Below are positions 17,435-26,642 of a stretch of DNA of 35,587 nt, piece by piece. The notes below the pieces were generated by a model that did no database searches, was not told the origin of the DNA, and worked only from the letters and a program-made list of their open reading frames with translations. A program made the position numbers and the translations under genes. The DNA lies in the sequence record SRR20825006_3074; one strand, written 5' to 3'. Position 1 is the first letter of the stretch; each line of letters starts with the position of its first letter.

Positions 17435-17655
17435 GACGGTTTGTGAGGTTTTTGCCTACCTCTCCTCACGCGCCCCGTTCGGGCGCTCTCCGGCGAGCGG
17501 TCGTGGCAGACCTCGCGCTGGGTCGTGAGGTTTTTGTTTTTGGAGCCCGCGCGCCACCCGCGAAACGCAAACCTCCTTGCGACGCGTGGATACAGTGATA
17601 GAGTGCGTGCGGAGTTTGGCGCGTTGTTTTCTGCGCCGTGTGAACAAAGGGTTAG

Positions 17656-18396
17656 ATGATGGGTTGGATTCTTGCTGGTCTGGTATTTCTGGTGGCCGCC
17701 ATCGCGTTGTCTCAACAGCGCGCGAGCCACTCGAAGACCGTGCAATCCCTGCGCGAGATCAACGCGCGAAAGCTCGAGGAGCAGCAAACCGAAGCGTCTC
17801 ACAAGATCGAGGAGCTCGAGAAACGACTCGGGAGGCTCAAGCGAGAACAGGAGACGACCGCCGCGCGCGCGCACCTGCCGCTGGCAAAGGAGCTCCTCTC
17901 GGGGCTCGATGACCTGGAGCGCGCCATCGAGCTCGCGAGACAAAAGGAAGAAGGCGCCGAGCAGCAGGATCTGACAAAGGGGCTCGAGATGGTCTCGACG
18001 AGCTTCCATAAGGCGCTCGCCAGGCATGGCATCACGCCGATTTCGCCCGAGAAGTCGACCGAGTTCGACCCCGCCATCCATGAGGCCATCACGGTCACCG
18101 AGGACGCCGAGCTGCCTCACAACTCCGTCCATCAACTCCTTCGCACAGGCTGGCAACACGACACCCAGCTGCTCCGTCCGGCGATGGTCCAGATCAGCCA
18201 GCAGCCTGTCCACGAGGACTCCTTCGAGAAGACCATGCCCGAGATTCCCTCGAGCAAATCTCAGGAGGTCACCTTCTCTTTCGAGCAAGTCGAAGAGGAA
18301 GAGGCGGCGGCGAGCGCAGCATCGGATGATGTGGAGACCTCAGAAGAATCAGAGGAAGTGAAAGAGGTCGTCGAAGAGGTCGTCGAGCGAGGTTAG
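17656..18396 (+). CDS. Second GrpE-family protein with an N-terminal transmembrane helix or signal anchor
   Basis: ELLSGLDDLERAI, KGLEMV, EFDPAIHEAI, RTGWQHDTQLLRPAMVQI match the GrpE core; N-terminus MMGWILAGLVFLVAAIALS; acidic tail. Confidence 0.88.
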   Translation: MMGWILAGLVFLVAAIALSQQRASHSKTVQSLREINARKLEEQQTEASHKIEELEKRLGRLKREQETTAARAHLPLAKELLSGLDDLERAIELARQKEEGAEQQDLTKGLEMVSTSFHKALARHGITPISPEKSTEFDPAIHEAITVTEDAELPHNSVHQLLRTGWQHDTQLLRPAMVQISQQPVHEDSFEKTMPEIPSSKSQEVTFSFEQVEEEEAAASAASDDVETSEESEEVKEVVEEVVERG

Positions 18397-18404
18397 CCCG
18401 CGGC

Positions 18405-19304
18405 TCACTCCTCTTCGCCAGCGCCCATCTCGTCGTTCCTCGACGGCTCCTCGGCGCCCTGCTCTTCGATCGCATCATCGAGCTCTCGATCGCGATCCGC
18501 CTGCTCTTCTGGCTGCGAGTTGGCCTCTGTCGAGGCTTGCGTGAGCACGTGGGGCTCGATCATATCGATCGGGTTATCCTCTTCCTTGCCGCTGCCGGTG
18601 TCGGCGCGCACCGAGTACATGTCCATCTCGGCCAGCGCGTCCTGGTATTGAGACGTCTGGAGCGCCGAGATCGGCCCGCAGGATACCGCCCAGCGAATAA
18701 GCTCGTCCCCGAGAATCAACGCGTCCTCGATCAGGCGCTCGAGCTCGCTCTCGCGCACGACGTCATCGAGGCGAATGTAGAAGGCTTGATCGGTGAGTTG
18801 GAAGTCCTCCACGCGATCTCTGAGGCTGATCAGGAGCATGCGAAGCGGCCCGGTGATGAGCGCCTTGAGGCGCTCATCATCCTTGGCCATCAGGATAAAG
18901 CGGTCATCGATCTCGGGGTCCGCGATCTCGGCCTCGTGCATACTGAGCAACCACCCTCGAAAACCCGCGCCCTCCTCGCACAAGATCTGGATGCCCTGGT
19001 GCAAGGGTTCGGTGAAGCTACAGATCAGGCGTGTATAATCGAGCCCATCGCCATCACAGAACTCGAGGTCGAGTGTGAGGTGCTCGCGCTCGACGCGAGT
19101 CCACATCGTTCGCGCGCGAAACAATGGACGCTCGCGAAGGGGGTAGAAGCCGATCTGTTGGAGTTGGTGATCCATCGCCTCGAGCGTGCTCGCTTCGATC
19201 AAGCTCCTGGCATCGACGCTGTAATAACGACGCCAGAGCATCCCCATCAACCAGATCAGAAAGGTCACGATGACCGCGACGATGATGAGGGGGATCAGTT
19301 TCAT
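18405..19304 (-). CDS. Hypothetical protein with N-terminal membrane anchor and acidic C-terminal tail
   Basis: MKLIPLIIVAVIVTFLIWLMGMLWRR followed by a globular-looking domain; codon usage like neighbours. Confidence 0.7.
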   Translation of the reverse strand: MKLIPLIIVAVIVTFLIWLMGMLWRRYYSVDARSLIEASTLEAMDHQLQQIGFYPLRERPLFRARTMWTRVEREHLTLDLEFCDGDGLDYTRLICSFTEPLHQGIQILCEEGAGFRGWLLSMHEAEIADPEIDDRFILMAKDDERLKALITGPLRMLLISLRDRVEDFQLTDQAFYIRLDDVVRESELERLIEDALILGDELIRWAVSCGPISALQTSQYQDALAEMDMYSVRADTGSGKEEDNPIDMIEPHVLTQASTEANSQPEEQADRDRELDDAIEEQGAEEPSRNDEMGAGEEE

Positions 19305-19328
19305 CGAATAAAGCTCACCGGAGTGGCA

Positions 19329-20303
19329 TCAGGGGGTGGCGTTTGCGTCTGCACCGGGCTGGGCGTTGATCTCTTCGCTGACGCCGAGGCCGGGTTGCTC
19401 CTTCTTGAAGAGCACGCTGCCCGTCCCGGAGGGCTTCTCGAGCGAAGGCTCGCGAAGCTTGAAGCCGTTGGCGCCAGGCGTTGGCCTCGGGCGGCGAGGC
19501 GGAGCGCCGAGGCCGTCGAGCTTGAGGCGAAAGCTCCCCGAGCCAAGGTTGACGTCATCCATATCCGCGCTGTCCATGTCAGCGTCAGCGCTATCGTGCC
19601 CCATATCGGCCGAGTGTGAACCCCCATGTCCGGCGTCCGCCTCGTGAGCATGATCTCCAGGATCATGCTCGGGCGTCTTTGGCGCGTGGGGATGCTCGAA
19701 GCCGAGCGCTGCCCGAAGCGCATGCGCTTCGGGTGAGGTGTCCTTGTCGGTGAGGCGCTTGTCGATACGAGTCTTATGGTCGTTGAGGAGTTTTGCAGAG
19801 AGCGCGACGAGCGCGCGCATGGCGCGCTCTCTTACGATCTGCGCCTTTGCCTTCCCCTCGTCATCCTCGGCCGACGCCTCGAGCGCATCGATAGCAGGCT
19901 CGAGCGCCGCATCACCCTGAGCCACGGCGCCATCGACGGCGTCCCGCTCCTCGCCCATCCAGAGATGGTGCTCCGCCTGAAAGCGCGGGTCCAACTTGGT
20001 GAGGCACCCGAGTTCCTTGGCGACGGGGGTGACGCGGTTGCGATCGGCGCGCGTCTTCTCGGCGAGCTGTTGGTTGAGGAGCTTCAGGTTCTGCTGAGTG
20101 TTGCAGAGCGTGCGCAGCCCTCGCTCGAGGCGCTCGCGATCATCGAGATCCTCGATCGCGTCGAGGTGCGCGTTGTTCTCGACCATGGGGCCCACGGCAA
20201 AGAAGACGAAGGCGCCCAGCGCCACGCTCAACGCGAGGATGCCAAAGCCTGTAAAGCGCCCGGGGGCGACAAGATCTCTTTGTGGTTCGCTATCTCTTCG
20301 CAT
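19329..20303 (-). CDS. Hypothetical membrane-anchored protein, helical domain plus His/Asp-rich linker
   Basis: TM segment FGILALSVALGAFVFFAVG; a possible HEAT-like helix pair (AALEPAIDAL..VRERAMRALVAL); low-complexity C-terminal part. Confidence 0.7.
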   Translation of the reverse strand: MRRDSEPQRDLVAPGRFTGFGILALSVALGAFVFFAVGPMVENNAHLDAIEDLDDRERLERGLRTLCNTQQNLKLLNQQLAEKTRADRNRVTPVAKELGCLTKLDPRFQAEHHLWMGEERDAVDGAVAQGDAALEPAIDALEASAEDDEGKAKAQIVRERAMRALVALSAKLLNDHKTRIDKRLTDKDTSPEAHALRAALGFEHPHAPKTPEHDPGDHAHEADAGHGGSHSADMGHDSADADMDSADMDDVNLGSGSFRLKLDGLGAPPRRPRPTPGANGFKLREPSLEKPSGTGSVLFKKEQPGLGVSEEINAQPGADANATP

Positions 20304-20383
20304 CTTCTACTCGTCAACCACCCATGCAGTCATGCAATCAAAACACGACAAATAAGAAAACCGCCTCCACTTGTGCCATTCCC

Positions 20384-22240
20384 TCAGGCAGATGGCAACA
20401 GCGGGAGGATAATGCGGAAGGTCGTCCCCTCACCAGGCGTGCTCTCGAGCTCCACGCTTCCGCCATGCCGCTCGACCAACGTGCGCACCAATGGAAGCCC
20501 GAGCCCCGAGCCCCCGGTGGCTTTGCGCGTCGTGAAGAATGGCTCGAAGATGCGCTCGACGGTTCCCTCGTCCATCCCCACGCCATCATCGATCACGGCG
20601 CAGATGACGTGTTCTCCGCGCACGCTCGTCATCAACTCGATCGAGCCGCCCTCCTCGGGCATCGCGCTCGCGGCGTTGGTGAGCAGGTTGACAAAGACCT
20701 GCACGAGCTGGCCATCGACGGCGAGCACGTGCGAGCGTGTGGCGGCGAAGGACTCGGTGATGCGGACGCCATGTTGCTCGATGATGACCTCGCATAACAT
20801 GATCGCGCGGCGCATGATCTCGTGGATGTCGACGCGCTCGGGCGGCAGGTCTTGGCCGTGAGGTTTGGCGAGCGTGACCAGATCGCGGATGAAGTGATCC
20901 ATGCGCTCGACCCCTTCGATGATGCGCATCAAGCGTTCGGAGTCGCGCTTCTCGAAGAACTGGTCGCGGTACTTCTGGAGCAGGTAGTCGGCGTAATTCA
21001 GGATGCTGGTGAGCGGGTTCTTGAGCTCGTGAGCGACGCCGCTGGCGAGCTGTCCGAGCTGCATCAACTGCTCCGCGCGCATGAACTCTTCCTCGAGCGC
21101 GCGCAGGCTCGCGGCGCTCGGCTGCGCGATCACCCAGAAGCCACCCATCGAGTGGTCTCCCTCTCCCGGATCGCCCTCCCCCACCGGCGTCACGCGCAAG
21201 GTGATCGCGCGCCCCTGTTCGCCGGTCGAGAGCGTCAGCGGCTCGGGGTGAGCGCCGGACATCGCCGCGGCGGCTGACGAGCGCAACTTGGCGTGCAATT
21301 CAGCGTCGAAGAACCCGATCACGTCCTGCCCCGCGATCCCCTCCGTGGGCGCCTGCACCATGCGCGCGAACGCCTCGTTGCAGCTCCTCACCACGCGGCG
21401 GCGATCGCAAAGCGCGACGCCCGCCTCGAGCTGTTCGAGGATCGGGCCGAGCACCTCGATGCTCGGCTCATCCTTTGCCAGGTAGCGCTGGCAAATGAAC
21501 GAGAAGAAGTTCATGAAGATTTCGAGCGCCTCGATCTCGGCATCCGTCAGGCCGCGAGAGCGCGTGGTCTCGACCTGGAGGCCCGCGCGCAACCCCTCGC
21601 CAGCGCGCGACCAGATCACGAAACCAGTGCGCGAAGCGCGCCAGAGCAGCTCCTGTGACTCGGGCTTTCCGGCGCTGGCGAGGATCTGATCGACGGCGCC
21701 GCGCCCCGGGTCGAGGTCGTAGGGGAACTCGTGAGCGCCGAGCAGCTCCTGTTGATGACGAAGCTCGAGGCGCCACGCGTAATCGGGGAAGACCTCGCTG
21801 ATGCAGGACCCGAAGAGCGTCAGCATCTCGAGCGGATCATCGAAGATGGCCGCGTGCTCTGTGACCTCGCTGAGCGCGCGCAGAAGGCGCACCGAAGGAG
21901 AGCCCTTGGCTGCGCCATCCTCGATAAAGGTCACGCGATAGCCGCCAAAATCGAGCGGCGTGACAGAGAGCGAGACAGAATCCTGGACCGAGCCCTCGAC
22001 GGGCACATCGGCCATGTAGAACTCCATCACGCCGCCGCGAGGGCTCACCTTCATCGACGAGAAGGTGTCGCGATCGGAGAGGCCGAGGCTGATCCCATCG
22101 ATCGACTCTGTGCCGAGGAAGCGCCGCGCGGCCTTGTTGGCCACGAGCACCGCTCCATCAGGATCACAGACCGCGAGCGGTTGCGGGAGACCGGCGAAGA
22201 TCTCGTCAAAGTTGACTTCGTACTCGTGCGATTTGGACAT
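20384..22240 (-). CDS. Cytoplasmic PAS-domain sensor histidine kinase (NtrB-like HisKA + HATPase)
   Basis: H-box GVAHELKNPL, N-box QVFVNLLTNA, G1 DDGVGM, F-box IFEPFFTT, G2 GSGLGL; two PAS-like segments, no TM helix. ATG at 22240 follows AGAGGAG. Confidence 0.93.
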   Translation of the reverse strand: MSKSHEYEVNFDEIFAGLPQPLAVCDPDGAVLVANKAARRFLGTESIDGISLGLSDRDTFSSMKVSPRGGVMEFYMADVPVEGSVQDSVSLSVTPLDFGGYRVTFIEDGAAKGSPSVRLLRALSEVTEHAAIFDDPLEMLTLFGSCISEVFPDYAWRLELRHQQELLGAHEFPYDLDPGRGAVDQILASAGKPESQELLWRASRTGFVIWSRAGEGLRAGLQVETTRSRGLTDAEIEALEIFMNFFSFICQRYLAKDEPSIEVLGPILEQLEAGVALCDRRRVVRSCNEAFARMVQAPTEGIAGQDVIGFFDAELHAKLRSSAAAAMSGAHPEPLTLSTGEQGRAITLRVTPVGEGDPGEGDHSMGGFWVIAQPSAASLRALEEEFMRAEQLMQLGQLASGVAHELKNPLTSILNYADYLLQKYRDQFFEKRDSERLMRIIEGVERMDHFIRDLVTLAKPHGQDLPPERVDIHEIMRRAIMLCEVIIEQHGVRITESFAATRSHVLAVDGQLVQVFVNLLTNAASAMPEEGGSIELMTSVRGEHVICAVIDDGVGMDEGTVERIFEPFFTTRKATGGSGLGLPLVRTLVERHGGSVELESTPGEGTTFRIILPLLPSA

Positions 22241-22337
22241 CGACTCCTCTCGAAGCCTCGAGGCGGCAAACGATTTGCGTTTGCTGCGTTCGAGGCATGG
22301 GATCATGCAACGCGGGCGTTGACCAGGTCAACCTCGC

Positions 22338-23990
22338 TCACTCGGACTCACCGTCCAGTTCCATGATGCGCGCTCCCCCCACATAGTCGCGCGTGCGATA
22401 GCGCGTGATCTTTCCGATCTTGCGCACGATCTCCGCGATCGACTCCGCCTCTCGCTCGATGACCTCGGCCGCGCGCCGAGCGCGCGGCGAGAGATCCTGT
22501 GTGGCGGAGAGCAGCTCCGCGTAGTTGAGCAGGCTGGTGAGCGGCTGGTTGAGCTCATGCGCGGTGGCGCCTGCGAGCTCGGCCATCATCGCCTGCTCTC
22601 TGCTCCGCTCGAGATCCTCGGTCGCGCGTTGGAGGCGCTCCTCGATAAGGAGCTGCTGCCGAAGATCGGTGAACACTCCGACCGAGCCGATCTCCTGGCC
22701 GTCCTCTTCGTAGAGGATCGCGGCGGCGATATTGACCGGGATCGCCTCGCCATCGCGATCGAGCAGGTGCTCCTCGCTCGAACTCAGGCGCCCCATGCTC
22801 CCCTCCTCCGAGGATCGCATCCTGCGCATGATCGCCTCGGCGCCGCCTGGAGGATAGAGCATCCTCACGTTGCGCCCGAGCGCGTCCTCTCGGGGGATCT
22901 TCAAGATGCGCTCGGCGGCGCCATTGAAGAGCACGATCTCTCCATCACTCGCGCTGGCGACGATCGCATCGGGGGAAGCCTCGATCACGCTCGCGAGATA
23001 GTCGCGCGTTCTGGCGAGCGTGCGCTCGTTCTCGCGGACCTCGTTATGGCGCTTTTGCAGTCGCTTGACGAGTCTTATGCGCTCGATGGCGAGCGCGGCC
23101 ATCTCGACGGCGACGCGCAAGGTGTCGACGACGCGACCATCGCAGATATGGCTCGAGGGACCGACGAGCAAGAAGGCGCCGGTCAGCTTCTGGTCGTGCA
23201 CGGTGGGGACGAGCAACCCTCTCGACTCGCGCGACTCGCGCACGCCGAGGATACCGAGCTGCTCGAGCTCGTAGCCCGTGAGCTGTGTATGCCTCCTCGC
23301 CGCGAGCGACTCCATCGCCTGAGGGCTCCCGTCCAGCGAGAGCGGTGCTCGATCGTGCCGCGACACCAACTCGCCGCGCGCCCTATCCTGAATGTAGAAC
23401 AAGCAGTGCGAGCAATCGAAGACGTGGCACACCTTCTCCTGGAAGATCGCGATCACATCGTCGAGGTCGATCGAGTGATCGAGCTCGCGAGAGAGGTCGA
23501 GCAACAACGTGAGCGTGTCACCGCGCCGTCGCATATCCGAGAGCGTCGAGGACTCTCCGAGACGCCAGCGCAGGCGCGCCATCAACTCGGTCACGGCGAA
23601 CGGCTTGCGGATAAGGTCGACCGCGCCCGCCTCGAAGGCGTTGATCAGGACCGACTCGCTGTGGAGCGCGGTCAACACGATGACAGGAGGCGATGGCCAC
23701 GCGGAGTGCGCGCGCAATGCCTTGAGCATCTCGTGGCCGTTAAGTTCAGGTAGCATCCAGTCGAGGATGAGCGCCTCGGGCAAGCTCACACCCTCGCCGT
23801 CCTCGCTCGATGCGCCCTCGATGGCATCGAGGGCAGCGAGCAGCTTTCCAGGTTCGAGGAAGCCGCGAAAGCGATACCCCCCCTCTGACATGATACGATC
23901 GAGGAGCTCGATGATCTCGAAGTCATCGTCGAGCGCCCAGATCAAAGGCCCCTCCTCAAGTACGGAGGGCTCGTCTCCAAGCAAACTCAT
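22338..23990 (-). CDS. REC-GAF-PAS-HisKA protein without an HATPase domain
   Basis: ALDDD, LILDWMLP, IRKPF (REC); GAF-like middle region; SPDAIVA..LFNGAAERIL (PAS); AHELNQPL H-box, with the stop about 60 aa later. Start position uncertain. Confidence 0.88.
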   Translation of the reverse strand: MSLLGDEPSVLEEGPLIWALDDDFEIIELLDRIMSEGGYRFRGFLEPGKLLAALDAIEGASSEDGEGVSLPEALILDWMLPELNGHEMLKALRAHSAWPSPPVIVLTALHSESVLINAFEAGAVDLIRKPFAVTELMARLRWRLGESSTLSDMRRRGDTLTLLLDLSRELDHSIDLDDVIAIFQEKVCHVFDCSHCLFYIQDRARGELVSRHDRAPLSLDGSPQAMESLAARRHTQLTGYELEQLGILGVRESRESRGLLVPTVHDQKLTGAFLLVGPSSHICDGRVVDTLRVAVEMAALAIERIRLVKRLQKRHNEVRENERTLARTRDYLASVIEASPDAIVASASDGEIVLFNGAAERILKIPREDALGRNVRMLYPPGGAEAIMRRMRSSEEGSMGRLSSSEEHLLDRDGEAIPVNIAAAILYEEDGQEIGSVGVFTDLRQQLLIEERLQRATEDLERSREQAMMAELAGATAHELNQPLTSLLNYAELLSATQDLSPRARRAAEVIEREAESIAEIVRKIGKITRYRTRDYVGGARIMELDGESE

Positions 23991-24254
23991 CGCAGGCGCT
24001 TCTCCGGGGAATTCGAGCCTCGAGGCCGCATGCGACGCACCTATCAGCGTCAGTCCATGGAGCCAGGCGGCGGTTATCACAGGGAGCGAGCCTATCACGC
24101 GAGGCAGATACGGGCCAACCGATCGCGCGCAGTGGGCGATGTGATACTTGCGCCAGAGGGAACTTCGCGGATAGCGTTGCGCACGATCTCGTATGGAGGT
24201 TTTGCGCGGGCGCCTGCTCGATATCCATGCTCAACCAAAGAATTTCGGGTCGGG

Positions 24255-26642
24255 ATGCCTGGAGCACACACACAACTCGAAGCGATACATATCGCCGGGA
24301 AGCTCTCGCTGTGCCAACTGTGGCGCGAGCGACTCTTGCTCCTGCTGCTCTCGTGTGGACTCTTCCTGACGGCCATCACCACGGTCGGGTGCGCGAGGTT
24401 TCGCGAGGAAGAGAAGAAAGAGAACAAGGCGCCGACGTATGTCCCCCCAGGTCAGACCGATCGCCGCATCGTCGAGCTCCGCTTCAAGGGCGTCGAGCAG
24501 ATCGATGAGCAGGCGCTAAGGGATGGCCTCTCGAACCAGGCAGATCCCGGCTGGAGAGCGTCCGACAGAATCCGCAAGGTCCCCGTCCTCGGCGCAGAGC
24601 CACGCTACTACAACAAGCTCGCATGGGAGCGCGATCAGGAGCGCATCCTGGCGTATTACAGGTCGCAGGGCTTTTTCGACGCCACGGTCTCATCTCGCGA
24701 ATCGAAGAGCGAGGACCCCTACGGCATGATCCTCGTCGTCACGGTCAACGAGGGCGAGCCGACGCGCGTCTCCAACGTGATCATCGAGGGGCTGGAGTCG
24801 ACCAAGCTCGACGTGAGAGAGATCCGAGGAGATTTGCCGCTCAAGGAAGGCAACATCTTCACGCAAAGTGGCTACCTCGAGGCCAAGGCGACCGTGGAGC
24901 GCGAGCTCAAGTCGCGCTCGTATGCCTACGCGCAGGTCAAGGGGCGCGTGGTCGTGGACCCCAAGAAGCGCACCGCCGAGATCTCGATCCTTGCCGACCC
25001 TGGCCCGAAGACCGTCTTTGGAGAGGTAGAGATCCAGGGGCTCGCGCGCGTCGATGAAGAGTACGTGCGCGACGCGGTCGCCATCCGAAAAGGAGAGCTC
25101 TACTCGAGCGAGGATATCCAGGAGACTCAGGAGAACATCTACGACCTCGGGGTCTTTAGCCTCGTGACGGTGCAGCCCGAGTTCGAGTACGGCCAACAGA
25201 GCGATGAGCGGCAGACAGGAAGGCGCAAGGGCCAGCTCGAAGAGGGTGAGGTCGGCGCGCTGGGGATCTCGGAGATGCTCGCCCAAGCTCAGGAGAACGC
25301 CGCGCAGCGCTCTGCGCTGCCGACCGAGGTCAAGATCGTGATCAAGGTCAAGGAGGCAAAGAACTGGAGCGTGAGGCCCGGCGCCGGTTTCTCCATCAAC
25401 TCCAACCGCCAGGACATACACGGCGCGGTCAACCTCCAGAGCCGTAACTTCTTCGGGACGCTCGGCAAACTCGAGCAATTCAACACGTTAGGCTACGCGC
25501 TCACGCCGGGGATCTTCTCGCTCAACGCGACCGCCGAGGATGGCATCTCGATCGATGACTTCGGCTATCGCGGGGTTTATTTCAATACGCAGCTTCGCTA
25601 CTCGCAGCCGCAACTGATCGGCCGCAAGACCACGGGCTTCCTCTTTATCAACGTCGAGCGCGACATCCAGGAGGCCTACATCGGCCTCATCCCATCGGCA
25701 TCGATCGGTCTTCGGCGACCGCTGTTCACGCGAAAGCTGACCGGCGAGGTCTCCTACAACGTGCTCTATATCCTGTACCAGGCGTTCGACGAGCAATACG
25801 GGGCGGAGTTGCTCGCGCAGGGGCTCGATCCGAACACGCGCAACCCCTCGCTGCTGCTCGAGTATCTGGAGCAAAAGATCATCTACGATGGTCGCGACAA
25901 CCCGCTCAACCCGACCAAGGGCCTGCGCGCGCAGATCTCGATGCAAGAGGCCAGGCGCTATATCGTTGGCGGCGAGTACGCGTTCTTGAAGCCGAGGATC
26001 CAGTTCGATGGATACATCCCGCTCGGCAAGAACTACGTGACGGCGCTTCGCGCTGGTGGGGGGTCGATCTACAACCTGAACGAGCCGCAAGGGGACGCCA
26101 CGCGAGGCATCCCGCTCCAGAGCAGGTTGTACGCTGGCGGCAAGGGTTCGATCAGGAGCTTCGGGCCGCGCTACTTCGGGTTCTTCACCGATGATCTCGT
26201 CAACCCGGCGCCGATCGGCTCGATCTCCCTTATAGAAACAGGCGTCGAGCAGCGCATGCGCCTGAGGCGCAACCTGCTCGATGTCGGCGACCTCTGGGGC
26301 GCGCTTTATCTGGACTCGGGGACGTTCTTCGAGCAGCAGCTCTTCTTCGACACGGAGGCCAACTCGACGGGGTCGGTGAGTGTGGATGATATTCGCGGCA
26401 CGTTTATCCACGGCGTCGGGCTCGGCGCGTTCTGGCTCACGCCTATCGGGCCTGTGCGCGCGGACTTTGCCTACACGCTCAACAACATCCGCCGTGACTT
26501 CCGCTACACCGCTGATCCGACCGTGGTCGATGATCCAGACACGCCGCGCAACGAGCTCTACACCGAGTATCAATACGCCGCCGCGGTCAGGAACAAGCTG
26601 CGCCGCTTCGACTTCTACCTCGGCATCGGGCACTCGTTCTGA
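24255..26642 (+). CDS. tamA: Omp85-family outer membrane protein, TamA/TamL-like (3 POTRA domains + beta-barrel)
   Basis: YYRSQGFFDA, VNEGEPTRV, GPKTVFGEV POTRA motifs; YDGRDNPLNPTKG, LYAGG, TPIGPVRADFAY, terminal IGHSF; adjacent to tamB; possible lipobox TVGC. Start uncertain. Confidence 0.87.
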   Translation: MPGAHTQLEAIHIAGKLSLCQLWRERLLLLLLSCGLFLTAITTVGCARFREEEKKENKAPTYVPPGQTDRRIVELRFKGVEQIDEQALRDGLSNQADPGWRASDRIRKVPVLGAEPRYYNKLAWERDQERILAYYRSQGFFDATVSSRESKSEDPYGMILVVTVNEGEPTRVSNVIIEGLESTKLDVREIRGDLPLKEGNIFTQSGYLEAKATVERELKSRSYAYAQVKGRVVVDPKKRTAEISILADPGPKTVFGEVEIQGLARVDEEYVRDAVAIRKGELYSSEDIQETQENIYDLGVFSLVTVQPEFEYGQQSDERQTGRRKGQLEEGEVGALGISEMLAQAQENAAQRSALPTEVKIVIKVKEAKNWSVRPGAGFSINSNRQDIHGAVNLQSRNFFGTLGKLEQFNTLGYALTPGIFSLNATAEDGISIDDFGYRGVYFNTQLRYSQPQLIGRKTTGFLFINVERDIQEAYIGLIPSASIGLRRPLFTRKLTGEVSYNVLYILYQAFDEQYGAELLAQGLDPNTRNPSLLLEYLEQKIIYDGRDNPLNPTKGLRAQISMQEARRYIVGGEYAFLKPRIQFDGYIPLGKNYVTALRAGGGSIYNLNEPQGDATRGIPLQSRLYAGGKGSIRSFGPRYFGFFTDDLVNPAPIGSISLIETGVEQRMRLRRNLLDVGDLWGALYLDSGTFFEQQLFFDTEANSTGSVSVDDIRGTFIHGVGLGAFWLTPIGPVRADFAYTLNNIRRDFRYTADPTVVDDPDTPRNELYTEYQYAAAVRNKLRRFDFYLGIGHSF

